NCBI GenBank assembly: GCA_937921735.1
Contig: CAKZTQ010000015.1
Coordinates: 28,271 to 92,270 of the forward strand
Direction of reading: 5' to 3'
From: an uncultured archaeon
Lineage (GTDB): Archaea; Hadarchaeota; Hadarchaeia; Hadarchaeales; Hadarchaeaceae
DNA length: 64,000 nucleotides
Position numbers and translations under genes: made by a program. Within the stretch, counting starts at the first letter, position 1. Each line of letters starts with the position of its first letter. The notes under the pieces are model-generated. The model made no database searches. It had not been told where the DNA came from and saw nothing but the letters and a program-made list of their open reading frames with translations. Shown piece after piece: positions 36,851-47,514 of the stretch.

Positions 36851-37246
36851 TCAAACCCGACGGCCGCGGCGCCCGCCCTTTCTGCGCACGCCATCGTGTG
36901 GCGTTGGCGTCACGTCCTCTATCCTGCCTATCTTTAGCCCCGCGCGCGCTAGAGCTCGGATCGCGGCCTGCGCTCCCGGCCCAGGGCTCTTCGGCCCGCT
37001 GCCGCCTGGCGCGCGGACCTTGATGTGAACGCCGATGAACCCTTTTTCCATCGCCTCCTCAGCCGCCCTCGTCGCCGCCTGCATTGCCGCGTACGGTGAG
37101 GACTCCTCACGATCGGCCTTTACTATCATGCCCCCCGACCAGCGGGCGACGGTCTCAGCGCCCGTTAGGTCGGTTATGTGAATGATGGTGTTGTTAAAGG
37201 ATGAATAGATGTGTGCAACCCCCCATCTACCAGTGGTGGCGGCCAT
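36851..37246 (-). CDS. rps11: 30S ribosomal protein S11 (uS11)
   Basis: [21 protein letters not shown] 37246 lies 1 nt after the S4 stop. Confidence 0.93.
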   Translation of the reverse strand: MAATTGRWGVAHIYSSFNNTIIHITDLTGAETVARWSGGMIVKADREESSPYAAMQAATRAAEEAMEKGFIGVHIKVRAPGGSGPKSPGPGAQAAIRALARAGLKIGRIEDVTPTPHDGVRRKGGRRGRRV

Positions 37247-37247
37247 A

Positions 37248-37790
37248 TCACTCCTCCCCCCTCTCCGATGTTCCAACATCTACCGTCGCCGGCACCTCCT
37301 CTGGCTTGCCCTGCATTTGGAAGGGCGAGCCAGGGGTGTACCCCACTAGCGTCTCTTCATCTGCGAGCACGAGATAGCTGGGCACGGTGACCTTCCTACC
37401 GCCGATCGAAATGTGCCCATGCAAGATCATTTGCCTCGCCTGCTTCATCGTTCTAGCCAACCCCCTCCTTTGGACCAACGTCTGGAGTCGCCGTTCTAGG
37501 ATATCCTCCACCTTTAGACCGAGCACATCGTCTAGCGTCGCGCCCTCCTTGACTAAGCCCAACCGCCTCAACCGCGCCAGCAGCTGCTTCGTTTCCTGTT
37601 CCGCCTGCGGACCCGAGGCCGCGAGCAGGCGACGCGCTTGGCGTCTGATCTTTCTAAGGAGCGTCTCAGCCCTCCATATCTCCTGTTTTCGGCGCAGGCC
37701 GTACATGCGCAGCAACTTATCCTCCGCGTCCATGCGGTCCTTTTCCCATGGATGGGATGGTCTAAGGTACTTCTTCCGCTGGCGCTTCAC
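37248..37790 (-). CDS. rps4: 30S ribosomal protein S4 (uS4)
   Basis: [12 protein letters not shown], then an S4 RNA-binding domain. Confidence 0.93.
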   Translation of the reverse strand: MKRQRKKYLRPSHPWEKDRMDAEDKLLRMYGLRRKQEIWRAETLLRKIRRQARRLLAASGPQAEQETKQLLARLRRLGLVKEGATLDDVLGLKVEDILERRLQTLVQRRGLARTMKQARQMILHGHISIGGRKVTVPSYLVLADEETLVGYTPGSPFQMQGKPEEVPATVDVGTSERGEE

Positions 37791-37794
37791 GATA

Positions 37795-38298
37795 TCACCC
37801 CTTCTCCCCCTTCTTTGCCTTGGCCGCCTCCTCGCGTATCCTGACCTCTTTACGCTTAACTCCCACGGTCATTCCCTTTCTTCCGGTCGTCCTCGTCCTC
37901 TGCCCGCGCACGGGTAGACCGAGCTCGTGCCTTATGCCGCGGCGGCTGCGTATGCGGCGCTCGCGACCGATGTCGGCGCGAACCGCCATGTCCACGTCCG
38001 CCCCTATGAGGTGCAGGTCCTCGCCAGTCTCGTAGTCCTTCCGCCGGTTCAACATCCAGCTCGGGATACCGTAATCCTTAGGGCGACGCAGGACATCCTC
38101 CAGCCGCTCGACCTGTTCTTTGCTTAGGCTGCCCAGCTTCACGAACGGGTCGATACCAGCTGCGTAGGCGGCCGCGCGGGCGAAAGCAAGACTGACGCCT
38201 TTCAAGTCAGCTAGCGCTAAGTGGACGCGCTTCTCGCCCGCCAAGTCCTTTCCCGCTATTCGAACGATGTGCTTGAACTCATCCGGCATGTCCATCAC
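37795..38298 (-). CDS. rps13: 30S ribosomal protein S13 (uS13)
   Basis: [12 protein letters not shown] and [16 protein letters not shown]. Confidence 0.93.
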   Translation of the reverse strand: MMDMPDEFKHIVRIAGKDLAGEKRVHLALADLKGVSLAFARAAAYAAGIDPFVKLGSLSKEQVERLEDVLRRPKDYGIPSWMLNRRKDYETGEDLHLIGADVDMAVRADIGRERRIRSRRGIRHELGLPVRGQRTRTTGRKGMTVGVKRKEVRIREEAAKAKKGEKG

Positions 38299-38346
38299 TC
38301 GCTCTTATGTAAATTGTCGGATGTTCTATTAAGCCATTCGCAGGCA

Positions 38347-38436
38347 TGGCGCCGGGGAAGGGATTTGAACCCTTGAGGCCCGCAAAGGACCAGCAGCTCT
38401 CCAGGCTGCCCCCTTACCTGGCTAGGGTACCCCGGC
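38347..38436 (-). tRNA. tRNA-Ser (anticodon GGA), CCA encoded
   Basis: Hand-folded. Acceptor GCCGGGG/CCCCGGC, anticodon arm GCAGC-CTGGAGA-GCTGC, a long variable arm, T-arm AAGGG-TTCAAAT-CCCTT, and 3' GCCA. Confidence 0.9.
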
Positions 38437-38511
38437 CCCAATTTTTGATTTATTTCCCCAGTATATCTCTTTTCCCGATAACGACGGCTTGGCTGTGGGT
38501 TTTTGTACACG

Positions 38512-39498
38512 TTATTTCCATTTCCTTGGATAGGTGCCCGGTGACATCACCACTCGCTCTGGCTTGGCGACTATGCCGTGGTCGACATCGCAGATTTGCC
38601 TCGAGGTCATCGTTGCTCTAGCTAGGGCCACGAGCTCCCCCTTAAGGGTCATTATCGCGACCAAGTCATCGGGCGAGATCCCTGTTTCGACCGTCAGGAC
38701 ACCCGGTGCCGCGAGGCTCGCACCGTGGCAGATGGCATCCACGGCCCCATCTCGAATCACTATCTTCGGCAAATGGCGAACCGCCGCTTCCACGGGCAAG
38801 ATCACCTTCCTCAGGTGATCCTCTGTTCCCTCCTCGCGCCAAAAGGCATAGGCATCGGCGAGATCGTGAAACCTGACCAAAGTTTCATCCTCGCAGAAGG
38901 GCCCGGTCCTGGTCCTCCTCAGTTCCGCCATGTGAGCCCCGCAGCCGAGAGCCTCGCCTATGTCAACGCAGAGCTTGCGCATGTAAGTGCCCGCCTCGCA
39001 TCCCACTTTAAGCAGGACGTTCCTACCGTCGCGCTCGAGGAGATCGATATAGTAAATCTTTCGCTTTCGCAGGACCCTTCTAACAGCCGCGCGTAGCGGA
39101 GGACGCTGGTAGATCTCGCCCTCGAACTCCTTCAGGACCTGCCCCAGCTTACGATCCGAGACGTCGCCGTGCAAGTGCATCAGACACACGTACTCCTTGC
39201 CAGCCGGCAACAGCGTTTGAACCATCTTGGTCGCGTCCTCTAGCGCAATGGGTAGGACGCCGCTCACCTTTGGATCGAGCGTCCCCCCATGACCCGCCCT
39301 CCTGACCTCGAGCAGCCGTTTGACCCATGCCACCACCTCGTGCGAAGTTGGGCCAACCGGCTTGTCCAAGTTGATGATGCCCAAGCGGAGGTGCTCTCTG
39401 ATCGACCTCTTGTCAGGCTCGCTGCCATAGCGCGGGTCCGTGATATCCCTAGCGCGGACCAATACCTCCCGCGCCACATCGAAGGGAAGCTTGCTCAA
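38512..39498 (-). CDS. cbf5: tRNA/rRNA pseudouridine synthase Cbf5 (H/ACA RNP catalytic subunit)
   Basis: GIINLDKPVGPTSHEVV, GHGGTLDPKVSGVLP and a C-terminal PUA domain. TTG 39498 lies 9 nt after the L14e stop. The longer listed ORF overlaps L14e. Confidence 0.9.
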   Translation of the reverse strand: MSKLPFDVAREVLVRARDITDPRYGSEPDKRSIREHLRLGIINLDKPVGPTSHEVVAWVKRLLEVRRAGHGGTLDPKVSGVLPIALEDATKMVQTLLPAGKEYVCLMHLHGDVSDRKLGQVLKEFEGEIYQRPPLRAAVRRVLRKRKIYYIDLLERDGRNVLLKVGCEAGTYMRKLCVDIGEALGCGAHMAELRRTRTGPFCEDETLVRFHDLADAYAFWREEGTEDHLRKVILPVEAAVRHLPKIVIRDGAVDAICHGASLAAPGVLTVETGISPDDLVAIMTLKGELVALARATMTSRQICDVDHGIVAKPERVVMSPGTYPRKWK

Positions 39499-39506
39499 AG
39501 TAACAC

Positions 39507-39746
39507 CTAACCCAACGAAAGCCCCGCAGCTTCGAGTGCCTTTTTGATCTCTTCGTCGGATGCCCCTTGAGCTATGTTCAGCTTGTTCGGCAGGGGTTCG
39601 AGGTGTCGCACGTTGCATCTCCTGCGTTTGACTCCCGGGCCACTTATCAGGACATATGTCCCGTCTATCACATCCACCACGACGCATTTGCGTCCGGCTT
39701 CGCGTCCTGCCGTCTTCACGCAAACTCGACCTATCTCCACCACCAT
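39507..39746 (-). CDS. rpl14e: 50S ribosomal protein L14e
   Basis: [24 protein letters not shown] motif. Confidence 0.9.
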   Translation of the reverse strand: MVVEIGRVCVKTAGREAGRKCVVVDVIDGTYVLISGPGVKRRRCNVRHLEPLPNKLNIAQGASDEEIKKALEAAGLSLG

Positions 39747-39747
39747 G

Positions 39748-40284
39748 TTAACCCCTCCGCTTGATGACGAACCCCACGGCTGTTTCCAATATCCGAACCA
39801 TTTCTCTTGCTGACCAGCGATCGGTGTCCAGCACTAGGTCGAACACCGAGTAATCGTTTACATCTATTCCGTAAAACCGCTTAAATCGCTTGGCCTCGCT
39901 ACGCTCGCGTTTAACCGTCTCGGCCAGGACCTCCTCATAATTGCGATTTTCCCTGAGCGCGATGCGTCGGGCGCGAACCTCCAGGGGCGCGGTCAACAGG
40001 ATCTTCACGTCGGCATCTTTGGCCATCCAGCCGGCCAAGCGTGCGTCGATGAGCACGTTCCCCTCCTTCGCCGCGTCTATCGTCATCTGGTCTATCTGCC
40101 GGTCTATCTCCGGATGGCGCTCGACGTAACGCGAAAATTCATCTAGCGCCATCCCTCGCTCCTTCGCTAGGCGCCTGAACACTTCTCCTGCCGAAACGTA
40201 CCTGAGTCCAAATTTCCTCGCGAGGGCCCTAGCAGCGGTGGTCTTACCCGTGCCGTGCAAACCGCTGATGGCGACGACGACCAT
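39748..40284 (-). CDS. cmk: Cytidylate kinase (archaeal type)
   Basis: [12 protein letters not shown]-loop and archaeal Cmk-like sequence. Confidence 0.88.
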   Translation of the reverse strand: MVVVAISGLHGTGKTTAARALARKFGLRYVSAGEVFRRLAKERGMALDEFSRYVERHPEIDRQIDQMTIDAAKEGNVLIDARLAGWMAKDADVKILLTAPLEVRARRIALRENRNYEEVLAETVKRERSEAKRFKRFYGIDVNDYSVFDLVLDTDRWSAREMVRILETAVGFVIKRRG

Positions 40285-40288
40285 GCTC

Positions 40289-40564
40289 TCATGCCCGAAC
40301 GGCTTCCTTGATGACCTGGCGGGCGCACGTTGGACATAGATAACCGCCGTATGGGCGGTTGGGGGCCCTGTAGGATTTCGGCAAAGACCTCAGCTTACTT
40401 GGCCTTACCCGAGGCACGCCGCTCAACTGCCTACCGCACATCGCACACCTAGCCGGGCCAACCTTCTTTTCCTTATGATGTACTGCTACCCGCCCGCTGG
40501 GTGTGCGGACGAAACGCTTCTTATAGGTCCTCGAACGGTACCTCGGCGCGGGCAAGTTAGTCAC
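40289..40564 (-). CDS. rpl34e: 50S ribosomal protein L34e
   Basis: RYRSRTYKKRFVRTPSGR and the CxxC..CxxC zinc ribbon. Confidence 0.9.
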   Translation of the reverse strand: MTNLPAPRYRSRTYKKRFVRTPSGRVAVHHKEKKVGPARCAMCGRQLSGVPRVRPSKLRSLPKSYRAPNRPYGGYLCPTCARQVIKEAVRA

Positions 40565-41393
40565 CTATCAACAGCTTTCTCCAAATAGATGAAAAACCAA
40601 AGTAGGATATGAAAAACCAGCTCAAGAAACCACATGAGACCCATAAACCGTAAAAGGGCAAGGGCAAGCTAAAAGGCAGCCAAGCCATGACCCACCCCCT
40701 GTAGAAGCTATTGAGCCAGTACCAAAAGATGAAGTACGGAACGATGTAGATGATGGTAGGCTTGAAAGTTTCGGACATCATTTGGCCCTGTAATTCGTAG
40801 ATGCGCTTTTGATCCTGTTGCAGCTTATGCAATCTCTTTAAATCCTTCTTGCGCTGGGCATCAAGAAACTCCTTTCTCCACGCGTCCACCTCTGCCTTTA
40901 TCTGCCTGACCCTTTCCCAGTTCACGACCTTTTTGGTGACGAGCGTGATGACGAGACTTATCCCGGCCGCGAGGAGGAGGACCAACAGCATCGCTTGTTC
41001 GTAGACAAACGGCAAGCTGATGCTTAGCCCGCTAGCTAAAGAAATCACATTTGCCCTCAAGTCACGAATATTGTCCTCGACGGGCGTAGTCGTGAGCGAG
41101 CTAAACATCTGCTTGATGAAGTTGTCGAGCTCAGCGAGTTCTACGTTGTTTTCAAAAATGTTTTCGTTTGGTCCCTTAAGCTCTAAGTACTTTGCGAAAG
41201 CCCCCCGTAGCGATGACTTGGCCCCCTCCTTATCTCCCTTCCGTAGGGCTATAATCGACGAATCGATGTCGCTCAGTAGGTGTCGAAGCATTTCTTGGTT
41301 GTCCGCCGCCGCCGTCTGAGCGAACGCTGCAGCAGAACCTACAAAAAGCAAGAGCAAGCAGACGGCAAGAGATGAGACGATTTTACCCATCAT
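40557..41393 (-). CDS. DUF106 (YidC/Oxa1/EMC3-superfamily) membrane insertase-like protein with N-terminal extension
   Basis: A C-terminal three-TM core with the basic coiled coil WRKEFLDAQRKKDLKRLHKLQQDQKR. It is preceded by a signal peptide and about 110 extra residues. Confidence 0.7.
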   Translation of the reverse strand: MMGKIVSSLAVCLLLLFVGSAAAFAQTAAADNQEMLRHLLSDIDSSIIALRKGDKEGAKSSLRGAFAKYLELKGPNENIFENNVELAELDNFIKQMFSSLTTTPVEDNIRDLRANVISLASGLSISLPFVYEQAMLLVLLLAAGISLVITLVTKKVVNWERVRQIKAEVDAWRKEFLDAQRKKDLKRLHKLQQDQKRIYELQGQMMSETFKPTIIYIVPYFIFWYWLNSFYRGWVMAWLPFSLPLPFYGLWVSCGFLSWFFISYFGFSSIWRKLLIGD

Positions 41394-41968
41394 TGCCTAA
41401 GCGCCTCCACCATCTCCTTCACTGCCTCACTGAGCATGCCCTCTTTATTTTTAATTATCCTTACCGTCGCGCCCACGGCAGCGGCATAAGCCATGGCGAT
41501 CGCACGATTTAACTGCTGATGCTCAGCTATTTCCTCCAAGAGCTCCTCGTCTCGTCTACGCGTAACATCTCTGGTACGGCGGCTAGCTACCTCCTCCGGC
41601 ACCGCCTCGATAATAAGGATAGACTCAGGCTTAAGCTCTTCCAGCACCCAGCTGGGAAGGCCTGGTAAGTATCCCTCCGGTTTTTTGATCGAACAATGTG
41701 TATCCAAAAGTACTGGTTTACGCTTGGCAATTCGAGCGATCCGCTTGGCTGCCTCGCGCTGGATTTTGCGATATACCTCGGCGGGAAGCTTTCGCATCTC
41801 ATCACGGTCGCTCGTACCGGTCCACTTCCGCGCTAGCTCGAGCATCACGTCGCCATAGTTGATCAACTCGTAGTTTATGCCCGCTGCTCTAAGCTCCTCC
41901 AGCGCCCTCGAGACGACCGTGCTCTTTCCCACGCCTGGGATTCCTGTCACGACGATTAACTTACTCAC
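41390..41968 (-). CDS. adkA: Adenylate kinase (archaeal AdkA type)
   Basis: VVTGIPGVGKSTV P-loop and collinearity with AdkA. Confidence 0.9.
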   Translation of the reverse strand: MSKLIVVTGIPGVGKSTVVSRALEELRAAGINYELINYGDVMLELARKWTGTSDRDEMRKLPAEVYRKIQREAAKRIARIAKRKPVLLDTHCSIKKPEGYLPGLPSWVLEELKPESILIIEAVPEEVASRRTRDVTRRRDEELLEEIAEHQQLNRAIAMAYAAAVGATVRIIKNKEGMLSEAVKEMVEALRQ

Positions 41969-43349
41969 CGAAGAGCCTCCTCATAGCTGGAAACATCTCC
42001 GTTACGCGCTCCCTGGTTATCTCTTCATAAAGCCCATAAAGAATTCCCACCGTAAGCAGAATGCCGGTACCGCTGCCGAGCGCGCCGGTGAAATCAGCGA
42101 TCGCGGCGAGGAACCCCACGAAGGCTCCGCCCAGCAAGGTTATGGTGGTAATGTAGCGGCCGATCACCTTTTCCATTATCCTAACATCGCGCCGGAAGCC
42201 GGGTATCAACATGCCGGAGCGGTCGAGTTGTTCAGCTATGTCGCGAGGTCCCATGCCGGTCATCTGGATCCAGAGCCACGCGAACCCCATGCAGAGCGCT
42301 ACCAATACGACCAAATAGATGATCGCCCTGAGCGGGTTCTGCATCACCCCTGCTATCCCGTGCGGGGGCTCGACGTACTCGACGATGGCTCCAAGTGGCG
42401 ACAGGAATCTTGCGAATATCCTTATGTTGGCAAATATCGTCATGGCCAAAATCACCGGGATGACCGAGGTGTATAGGAACTTGATGGGGTAGCGCCCACG
42501 GATGCCGCCGAACCGCCCATAAGCGAGTGGGATCTCGACGCGCATGCTCTCCGCGTATACGACTATCAAAAAGACGATTATTGTCGCGATCACGCCCATC
42601 ATGTTGGGCAGACCGATCCTGAAAAATGCCTCGTAGAGTCCTCTGCCTTCGATCAGTGCCCTGATGAAGTTAGGTATCGCACCGGAAATTTGGCCGACGT
42701 AGGTCGCAGATGTCATGGGATTGAAGGCCTGCCAAAATATAGTCGCGGAGACCCCTCCCGCGATGAAAAGGCTGATGCCGCTACCGAACCCGTATTTTGA
42801 GACCAGCTCGTCGAGATAGATAATTATCAATGCCCCTAACGTGAGCTGTGCTATCAAAAACACTTTGCATCCAGTAGATAGAGGAGCAGCCGTGGGATCG
42901 AACCTCCTTGGATCGTACCAGCCTCCGAGTACGAGCATCGACGCTTCGAAGACGCCCAGTAAAATCGCCATGAACTTCTGGACGCCGGTGAAAAGTGCTC
43001 TATCTTCCGGCTTCGTAAGGTCCAAATTGATCAGCTTGCTGCCTACCAACAGCTGCATCACTATGCCCGCCGTGACGATCGGACCTATCCCCAGCTCCAC
43101 CAGACTGCCCGCGTGACTGGCGAGCACGTATCTGAGGTAACCGAAAAAGCTCTCGGCTTGCCGCTCTATGCCATAAAGGGGTATTTGGGTCATGATGAGG
43201 AAGATGATCAGCGCCAAACCGGTCCACACGAATTTCTCTTTAAACGAAACGTGACGCTTGGGAACTTCCACCTCAGGAAGCTTACGAACGATCGGCTCCA
43301 GAACGTAGAGCTTTGACTTGGGCTGCTCGGGTTGCTCCATCTCATCCAC
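41961..43349 (-). CDS. secY: Preprotein translocase subunit SecY
   Basis: Ten-TM protein with GIGPIVTAGIVMQLL. Confidence 0.95.
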   Translation of the reverse strand: MDEMEQPEQPKSKLYVLEPIVRKLPEVEVPKRHVSFKEKFVWTGLALIIFLIMTQIPLYGIERQAESFFGYLRYVLASHAGSLVELGIGPIVTAGIVMQLLVGSKLINLDLTKPEDRALFTGVQKFMAILLGVFEASMLVLGGWYDPRRFDPTAAPLSTGCKVFLIAQLTLGALIIIYLDELVSKYGFGSGISLFIAGGVSATIFWQAFNPMTSATYVGQISGAIPNFIRALIEGRGLYEAFFRIGLPNMMGVIATIIVFLIVVYAESMRVEIPLAYGRFGGIRGRYPIKFLYTSVIPVILAMTIFANIRIFARFLSPLGAIVEYVEPPHGIAGVMQNPLRAIIYLVVLVALCMGFAWLWIQMTGMGPRDIAEQLDRSGMLIPGFRRDVRIMEKVIGRYITTITLLGGAFVGFLAAIADFTGALGSGTGILLTVGILYGLYEEITRERVTEMFPAMRRLFGE

Positions 43350-43785
43350 CGACGATTGCCCTCCCCCCAGCTTCTTCCAACTTTCGCCTCGCCTCCTCCG
43401 AGAACCTGTCGGCGATGACCTCCAAGGGGCGATCTACTCTACCGCCGCCTAGCACCTTTTCATACCCAAGTTTGGTAACATCTACCACGAACTTATCCCC
43501 CTCCCGCTTGGCCGCTCCGCTCTGGAGGAGCTCATCTAAGCGCTCGTTCAACTCACCTACGTTGATCGCCGCCGGCCTCCTGCTCACTTCCGGTGGGCGC
43601 ACGAAACCATGCTTGCCGAAATGATTCGGCATGTACTTTAGTATGTATGACCACTTATGCTTGTGACCGCCGCTCAGACCTTTTCCTCCCTTCTCGCCCG
43701 AGCCCCTTCCCCTTTTCGCACATCCTCGACCCATGGTTCGCGAGCCTCGGCGCTTATGGGTCTTCCGACGTCTCCTGACCACCAT
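43342..43785 (-). CDS. rpl15: 50S ribosomal protein L15 (uL15)
   Basis: KRRGSRTMGRG..GRGSG.KGG. Confidence 0.9.
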   Translation of the reverse strand: MVVRRRRKTHKRRGSRTMGRGCAKRGRGSGEKGGKGLSGGHKHKWSYILKYMPNHFGKHGFVRPPEVSRRPAAINVGELNERLDELLQSGAAKREGDKFVVDVTKLGYEKVLGGGRVDRPLEVIADRFSEEARRKLEEAGGRAIVGG

Positions 43786-43793
43786 CCTACCAC

Positions 43794-44270
43794 CTAGATC
43801 ATGCGTGATATCAAATCATTTATCGCCCCGCCTCGGTATCCCAACGATCCCCCAGTCCTAAAGGGGCGCTTCGTGGCCTCGTAGCCCTTGCTCGGGGGAT
43901 GCAAGCGAAATACCTTCTTCAGCCGAGGGATATCCGATAGTTTGACCTCGCCGCGATAGAAGGCGTCGACGAACTCGCGTAAGGACGAGAACTTCGTGTT
44001 TGACCGGATATATTCGTCCGTCAACCTTTTACCACCCTCTAATCTTCCCCTCTCTCGCAGGAGGTCCTCCAACGTGTCGCGCCCGATTTCGCCCCAAGTG
44101 ATGTAATCCTTAGCCTTTTGGAGCATCCCCCTGAAGGAAGGATCGTCATCTATCACGATACAGTGATTGACCCTGGTCAGACCAAGCATCCTCAGGGTCG
44201 CACGCACGTCCTCGCGAGCCCTAACCCCGCCGCGAACGCGGACCACAGCGAGCTTAACCACTCGCCTCAC
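43794..44270 (-). CDS. rpl30: 50S ribosomal protein L30 (uL30)
   Basis: LAVVRVRG...TLRMLGLTRVNH. Confidence 0.9.
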   Translation of the reverse strand: MRRVVKLAVVRVRGGVRAREDVRATLRMLGLTRVNHCIVIDDDPSFRGMLQKAKDYITWGEIGRDTLEDLLRERGRLEGGKRLTDEYIRSNTKFSSLREFVDAFYRGEVKLSDIPRLKKVFRLHPPSKGYEATKRPFRTGGSLGYRGGAINDLISRMI

Positions 44271-44931
44271 CTATTTGGCCTATCACCACGCGCTTCGCAT
44301 CCTGCTCGCGAAGGGCGACCCTAGTGGTTTGTTTCAACGCGTCAAACGTGGCTAAAGCGAAGTTTAACGTCGTTCGCGTTTGACCGAGCGATTGCGTCCA
44401 ACAGTCCCGGATGCCGGCTAATCTCAAGATTATCTTCGGTACCTCCGCCGCAGCAAGCCCGAGCCCGCGGGGAGCTGGTTTCAAGGTCACTTGCACGCTT
44501 CCGCTGTAACCCGTTACCTCGAACGGCACCGAGTGGGGCCTCCCGCAACCGCACTCCCAGCTACCACAACCACGAGCTATCTCAATTATGTTGAGCTTCG
44601 CTGCGATTACCGCCTTGCGAATGGCGGGCCCAACTCCGCTCGCGCTGTCGTGACCTACCCCGACCAGACCATCCCTATTGCCCACGACTGCCACCACGCG
44701 ATATTTAGTCCTGCGGCCGGACTTGTGCATCCGCTGAACCATACTTATGCCCAATATGTCTTCCTCCAAATTTGGCACTAGAGCGTCGAAGATCTCCGGC
44801 TCCCTCGGGCGCTGTCCGCTGCGCAAAATTTGGGATATGCTTGTTATCCTGCCTTCCTTGACCGCCCGCCCGATAGAGGTGCGCGGCTGCCAAAGCTCGA
44901 TATCGAATTCCTCCTTCATGCTACCCACCAT
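44254..44931 (-). CDS. rps5: 30S ribosomal protein S5 (uS5)
   Basis: [21 protein letters not shown]. Confidence 0.93.
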   Translation of the reverse strand: MVGSMKEEFDIELWQPRTSIGRAVKEGRITSISQILRSGQRPREPEIFDALVPNLEEDILGISMVQRMHKSGRRTKYRVVAVVGNRDGLVGVGHDSASGVGPAIRKAVIAAKLNIIEIARGCGSWECGCGRPHSVPFEVTGYSGSVQVTLKPAPRGLGLAAAEVPKIILRLAGIRDCWTQSLGQTRTTLNFALATFDALKQTTRVALREQDAKRVVIGQIGEASG

Positions 44932-45514
44932 ATTGCGTGATTATAGCTTGTTTTACCTCATTAAAGTGTTCGGGCAAACGCTCAGGTTCTAGTCCACGTT
45001 TAAAGTACTCGGAGAATCTAAGGCGGTAAGCCCCCTCATCCTCTGACCTTAACTTTGCGGCATACCGGGCGATGTGTTCTCCACGTAGGCGTTCCTCCCT
45101 CACCAAGACCTCCTCACCGTGGGGGATCTGCAACTTTGCGTCGAGCGCCCCCATCAAAGCGGCAAATACCTTCGCCCCCGGAGTAGGGGTGTGCATACCT
45201 ATGTCAAGCACGCATTCCTTTATCCCCACCCGCACGGCTCTATAACCACAAAGTAAGCCGACCAGATAGGCGGCCGGCGTATTGGAGGTGCTTCCCTTCC
45301 ATCCGAACTTGGAAAGCTCTTTCGAATGCGCCGACGCCAACGTCAGGTCCCCTTTGGGATCCGCGCGCACAACTTGGGCCAACACATGCTTGAGCGAGAC
45401 GCGCACCACAAAACGGGGTTTACCGGAGCGCAGGAGCTTTAATCTCTGCCTATAATCGGTTTTGCCCTCCCGCCTCCTCCTAAACGGGACTCGCCAAGTT
45501 GGCCCCTTAGCCAT
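44921..45514 (-). CDS. rpl18: 50S ribosomal protein L18 (uL18)
   Basis: [18 protein letters not shown]. Confidence 0.93.
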   Translation of the reverse strand: MAKGPTWRVPFRRRREGKTDYRQRLKLLRSGKPRFVVRVSLKHVLAQVVRADPKGDLTLASAHSKELSKFGWKGSTSNTPAAYLVGLLCGYRAVRVGIKECVLDIGMHTPTPGAKVFAALMGALDAKLQIPHGEEVLVREERLRGEHIARYAAKLRSEDEGAYRLRFSEYFKRGLEPERLPEHFNEVKQAIITQYGG

Positions 45515-45515
45515 A

Positions 45516-45965
45516 TTATTCCCTCAGCATTCCGCGCTCCCTGAGGTAAGACTCCAAATGAGCCCTGCTCCTGAACGCGCCGCCCTTGACCATGCGATAG
45601 AGCCTTCGATATTCTTTGGCATCGATGGCACCTTTTTCCTTGAGCTCAGAGAGCTTAGCGCGGAGGGCACGAACCCTCTTGATCCATGCCTGTTTCCTCG
45701 GTGATCTTGCCCCCGCTGCTCCCTTTCTGCTTCCCATGCCTCGCCGCTTGCCCCTACGACGCTTAGCGGACCGCTCTCGCGCCCTCCCCCGGCTGATGGA
45801 TCTCTCAGGCCTTGCCCTTATCACGCCGGCATGGATCAAGCGCTTGATATCCTCGCGGGTGATGGCAGCTGAAACCTCCTCCGCGCGGGTTGGATCTATC
45901 CAAACCCGGTTGACCCCGACGCCTAAGATCCTAGCCGCCAGCCTTTTCTGCACGTCCAACTTCAT
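45516..45965 (-). CDS. rpl19e: 50S ribosomal protein L19e
   Basis: [20 protein letters not shown]. Confidence 0.93.
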   Translation of the reverse strand: MKLDVQKRLAARILGVGVNRVWIDPTRAEEVSAAITREDIKRLIHAGVIRARPERSISRGRARERSAKRRRGKRRGMGSRKGAAGARSPRKQAWIKRVRALRAKLSELKEKGAIDAKEYRRLYRMVKGGAFRSRAHLESYLRERGMLRE

Positions 45966-46344
45966 GTTCCTTGCCCCCTAGATTCAACACCTGGATTCCC
46001 AACTCCTTCGCCCGTGCTATGATCTGCTCTCGCTTGCGCCTGCCGACGTTGGAAGCTATTCTAATCACCTGTTTGCTCGCATCCACCCTCTCCACGTCCT
46101 TTAGGTTTCTAACGAGAACCTCTTCGCGGCCGGAGGGATGAAGCCCACGTATTGACTTGGGAAGCCTATAACCAACCGATGGCATGGCCGGCTTTCCTTT
46201 TTTGCCCAAGCGCATTTTGCTATCCTTGCCGCGGGGACGGCGCCACTTCTCGCCTAACCTCTTAAAGCGAAACCACTCTTGGCGCCTGAATTTCGGCATT
46301 CGCCGTTTTATCTCCTGAACCTTCTTCATCAGCTTCTTCGACAT
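45931..46344 (-). CDS. rpl32e: 50S ribosomal protein L32e
   Basis: [23 protein letters not shown]. Confidence 0.9.
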   Translation of the reverse strand: MSKKLMKKVQEIKRRMPKFRRQEWFRFKRLGEKWRRPRGKDSKMRLGKKGKPAMPSVGYRLPKSIRGLHPSGREEVLVRNLKDVERVDASKQVIRIASNVGRRKREQIIARAKELGIQVLNLGGKEHEVGRAEKAGG

Positions 46345-46348
46345 TCGC

Positions 46349-46876
46349 TCACGCCCTTTCTACAATGTATATACCATCTTGGAATACCCTCGGGTCGCGA
46401 CGTTTGATGTAGGTGGCCTGCTCGATGTTAAACGCGGTTTGCCCCACCTCCTCTTTATCGATCCCCTCCACGATCACCTCGTCCCCCTCGACCCTCACGG
46501 ATGCCTTCCCGACTATCTTCGCCACGCGGGGGCTTCTCTCGCCGAGGAAATTGTAAATCAACACGCGCCCATCCTCGACCTTAACCGTTATCGGAAAATG
46601 AGCGTACACCACCCTAAGCTTATACCTGAATCCCTCGGTGACGCCCTTTATCATGTTGAGTAAATGGGACTTGATGGTACCAACCGCCGAGCGTTGCCTT
46701 TTGCGCCTAGAGGCGGTTTCTATCGCTATCGTTCGACCCTCCTGTTTTATGTCTACGCCTTGGAACTCGAACGTCCTCTTCAACATGCCCTTGCGCCCGG
46801 ATATTTCTACGGTCTTACCACTAAGCTTGGCCTCGACGCCCTCCGGCAATTCAACTTCTTCTCGGATCTTTTCCAT
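46349..46876 (-). CDS. rpl6: 50S ribosomal protein L6 (uL6)
   Basis: [23 protein letters not shown] 46876, with GAGGT 7 nt upstream. Confidence 0.93.
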   Translation of the reverse strand: MEKIREEVELPEGVEAKLSGKTVEISGRKGMLKRTFEFQGVDIKQEGRTIAIETASRRKRQRSAVGTIKSHLLNMIKGVTEGFRYKLRVVYAHFPITVKVEDGRVLIYNFLGERSPRVAKIVGKASVRVEGDEVIVEGIDKEEVGQTAFNIEQATYIKRRDPRVFQDGIYIVERA

Positions 46877-46938
46877 CGCAACGACCTCTTGAACCCGTCC
46901 CAAAGTGGTGGAACACGACTATAGCGATATGTCTACCC

Positions 46939-46950
46939 AAAATATAAAAC
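46939..46950 (-). promoter_or_regulatory. Candidate internal TATA box (TTTTATATTTT) upstream of rpl6
   Basis: An AT-rich element in the 93-nt S8-L6 gap, one of the few gaps in the cluster. Confidence 0.25.
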
Positions 46951-46969
46951 AAATTGCCGCTTCGAGAAA

Positions 46970-47359
46970 TCAAAAAACATAGGCTAAAAGTCGCCCGCCT
47001 ATGCCTTCCTCCTTCGCTTGCTTATGCGTCATGACCCCTTTGGGTGTGGAAAGTACTAAGATGCCGAAACCCGCGGCGGGCAAATATCTTTTTTCCCATT
47101 TCTCAAATTCTTCCCGTTTTACCGCGTGGCGCGGTTTTATTGCGCCGCACTCGTTGATTTTTCCCATCAACTGCACCCTGAACTTTCCCGCCTTTCCATC
47201 GTCGACGAACTCGAACTCGCCTATGTAGCCCTCTTGTTGCATAACTCGTAGTACCTGTCCTATGAGCTTTGAGGCCGGGGATATCACTACTTCCCGTTTT
47301 CTAGCCCTCTCGTAATTTTCAATTACCGAAAGCGCGTTCGCCAGCGGATCCATCAACAT
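46970..47359 (-). CDS. rps8: 30S ribosomal protein S8 (uS8)
   Basis: [14 protein letters not shown]...[15 protein letters not shown]. Confidence 0.93.
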   Translation of the reverse strand: MLMDPLANALSVIENYERARKREVVISPASKLIGQVLRVMQQEGYIGEFEFVDDGKAGKFRVQLMGKINECGAIKPRHAVKREEFEKWEKRYLPAAGFGILVLSTPKGVMTHKQAKEEGIGGRLLAYVF

Positions 47360-47367
47360 GCAGACAC

Positions 47368-47514
47368 CTAGCTATACTTTTTAAATCCCATCTTCGACGC
47401 GATCTCCCTGAAGCACCTGCGGCACAGATTTAGTCCGTAGCATTGATAAACTGGACCCGGCCTACCGCATCGCTTGCATATGTGTGCGCCCTTGCCGAAC
47501 TTCCGCTTGCTCAT
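47368..47514 (-). CDS. rps14: 30S ribosomal protein S14 (uS14, zinc-ribbon type), 48 aa; absent from the ORF track
   Basis: Hand translation gives [48 protein letters not shown]. The ATG overlaps the L5 stop (TAATG). Confidence 0.88.
   Translation of the reverse strand: MSKRKFGKGAHICKRCGRPGPVYQCYGLNLCRRCFREIASKMGFKKYS

Noticed and set aside
38512-39723. 403-aa extended version of the Cbf5 ORF
   Set aside because: The N-terminal 75 codons overlap the L14e gene and are Arg-rich nonsense. Homology to Cbf5 begins at the TTG at 39498, just after the L14e stop.
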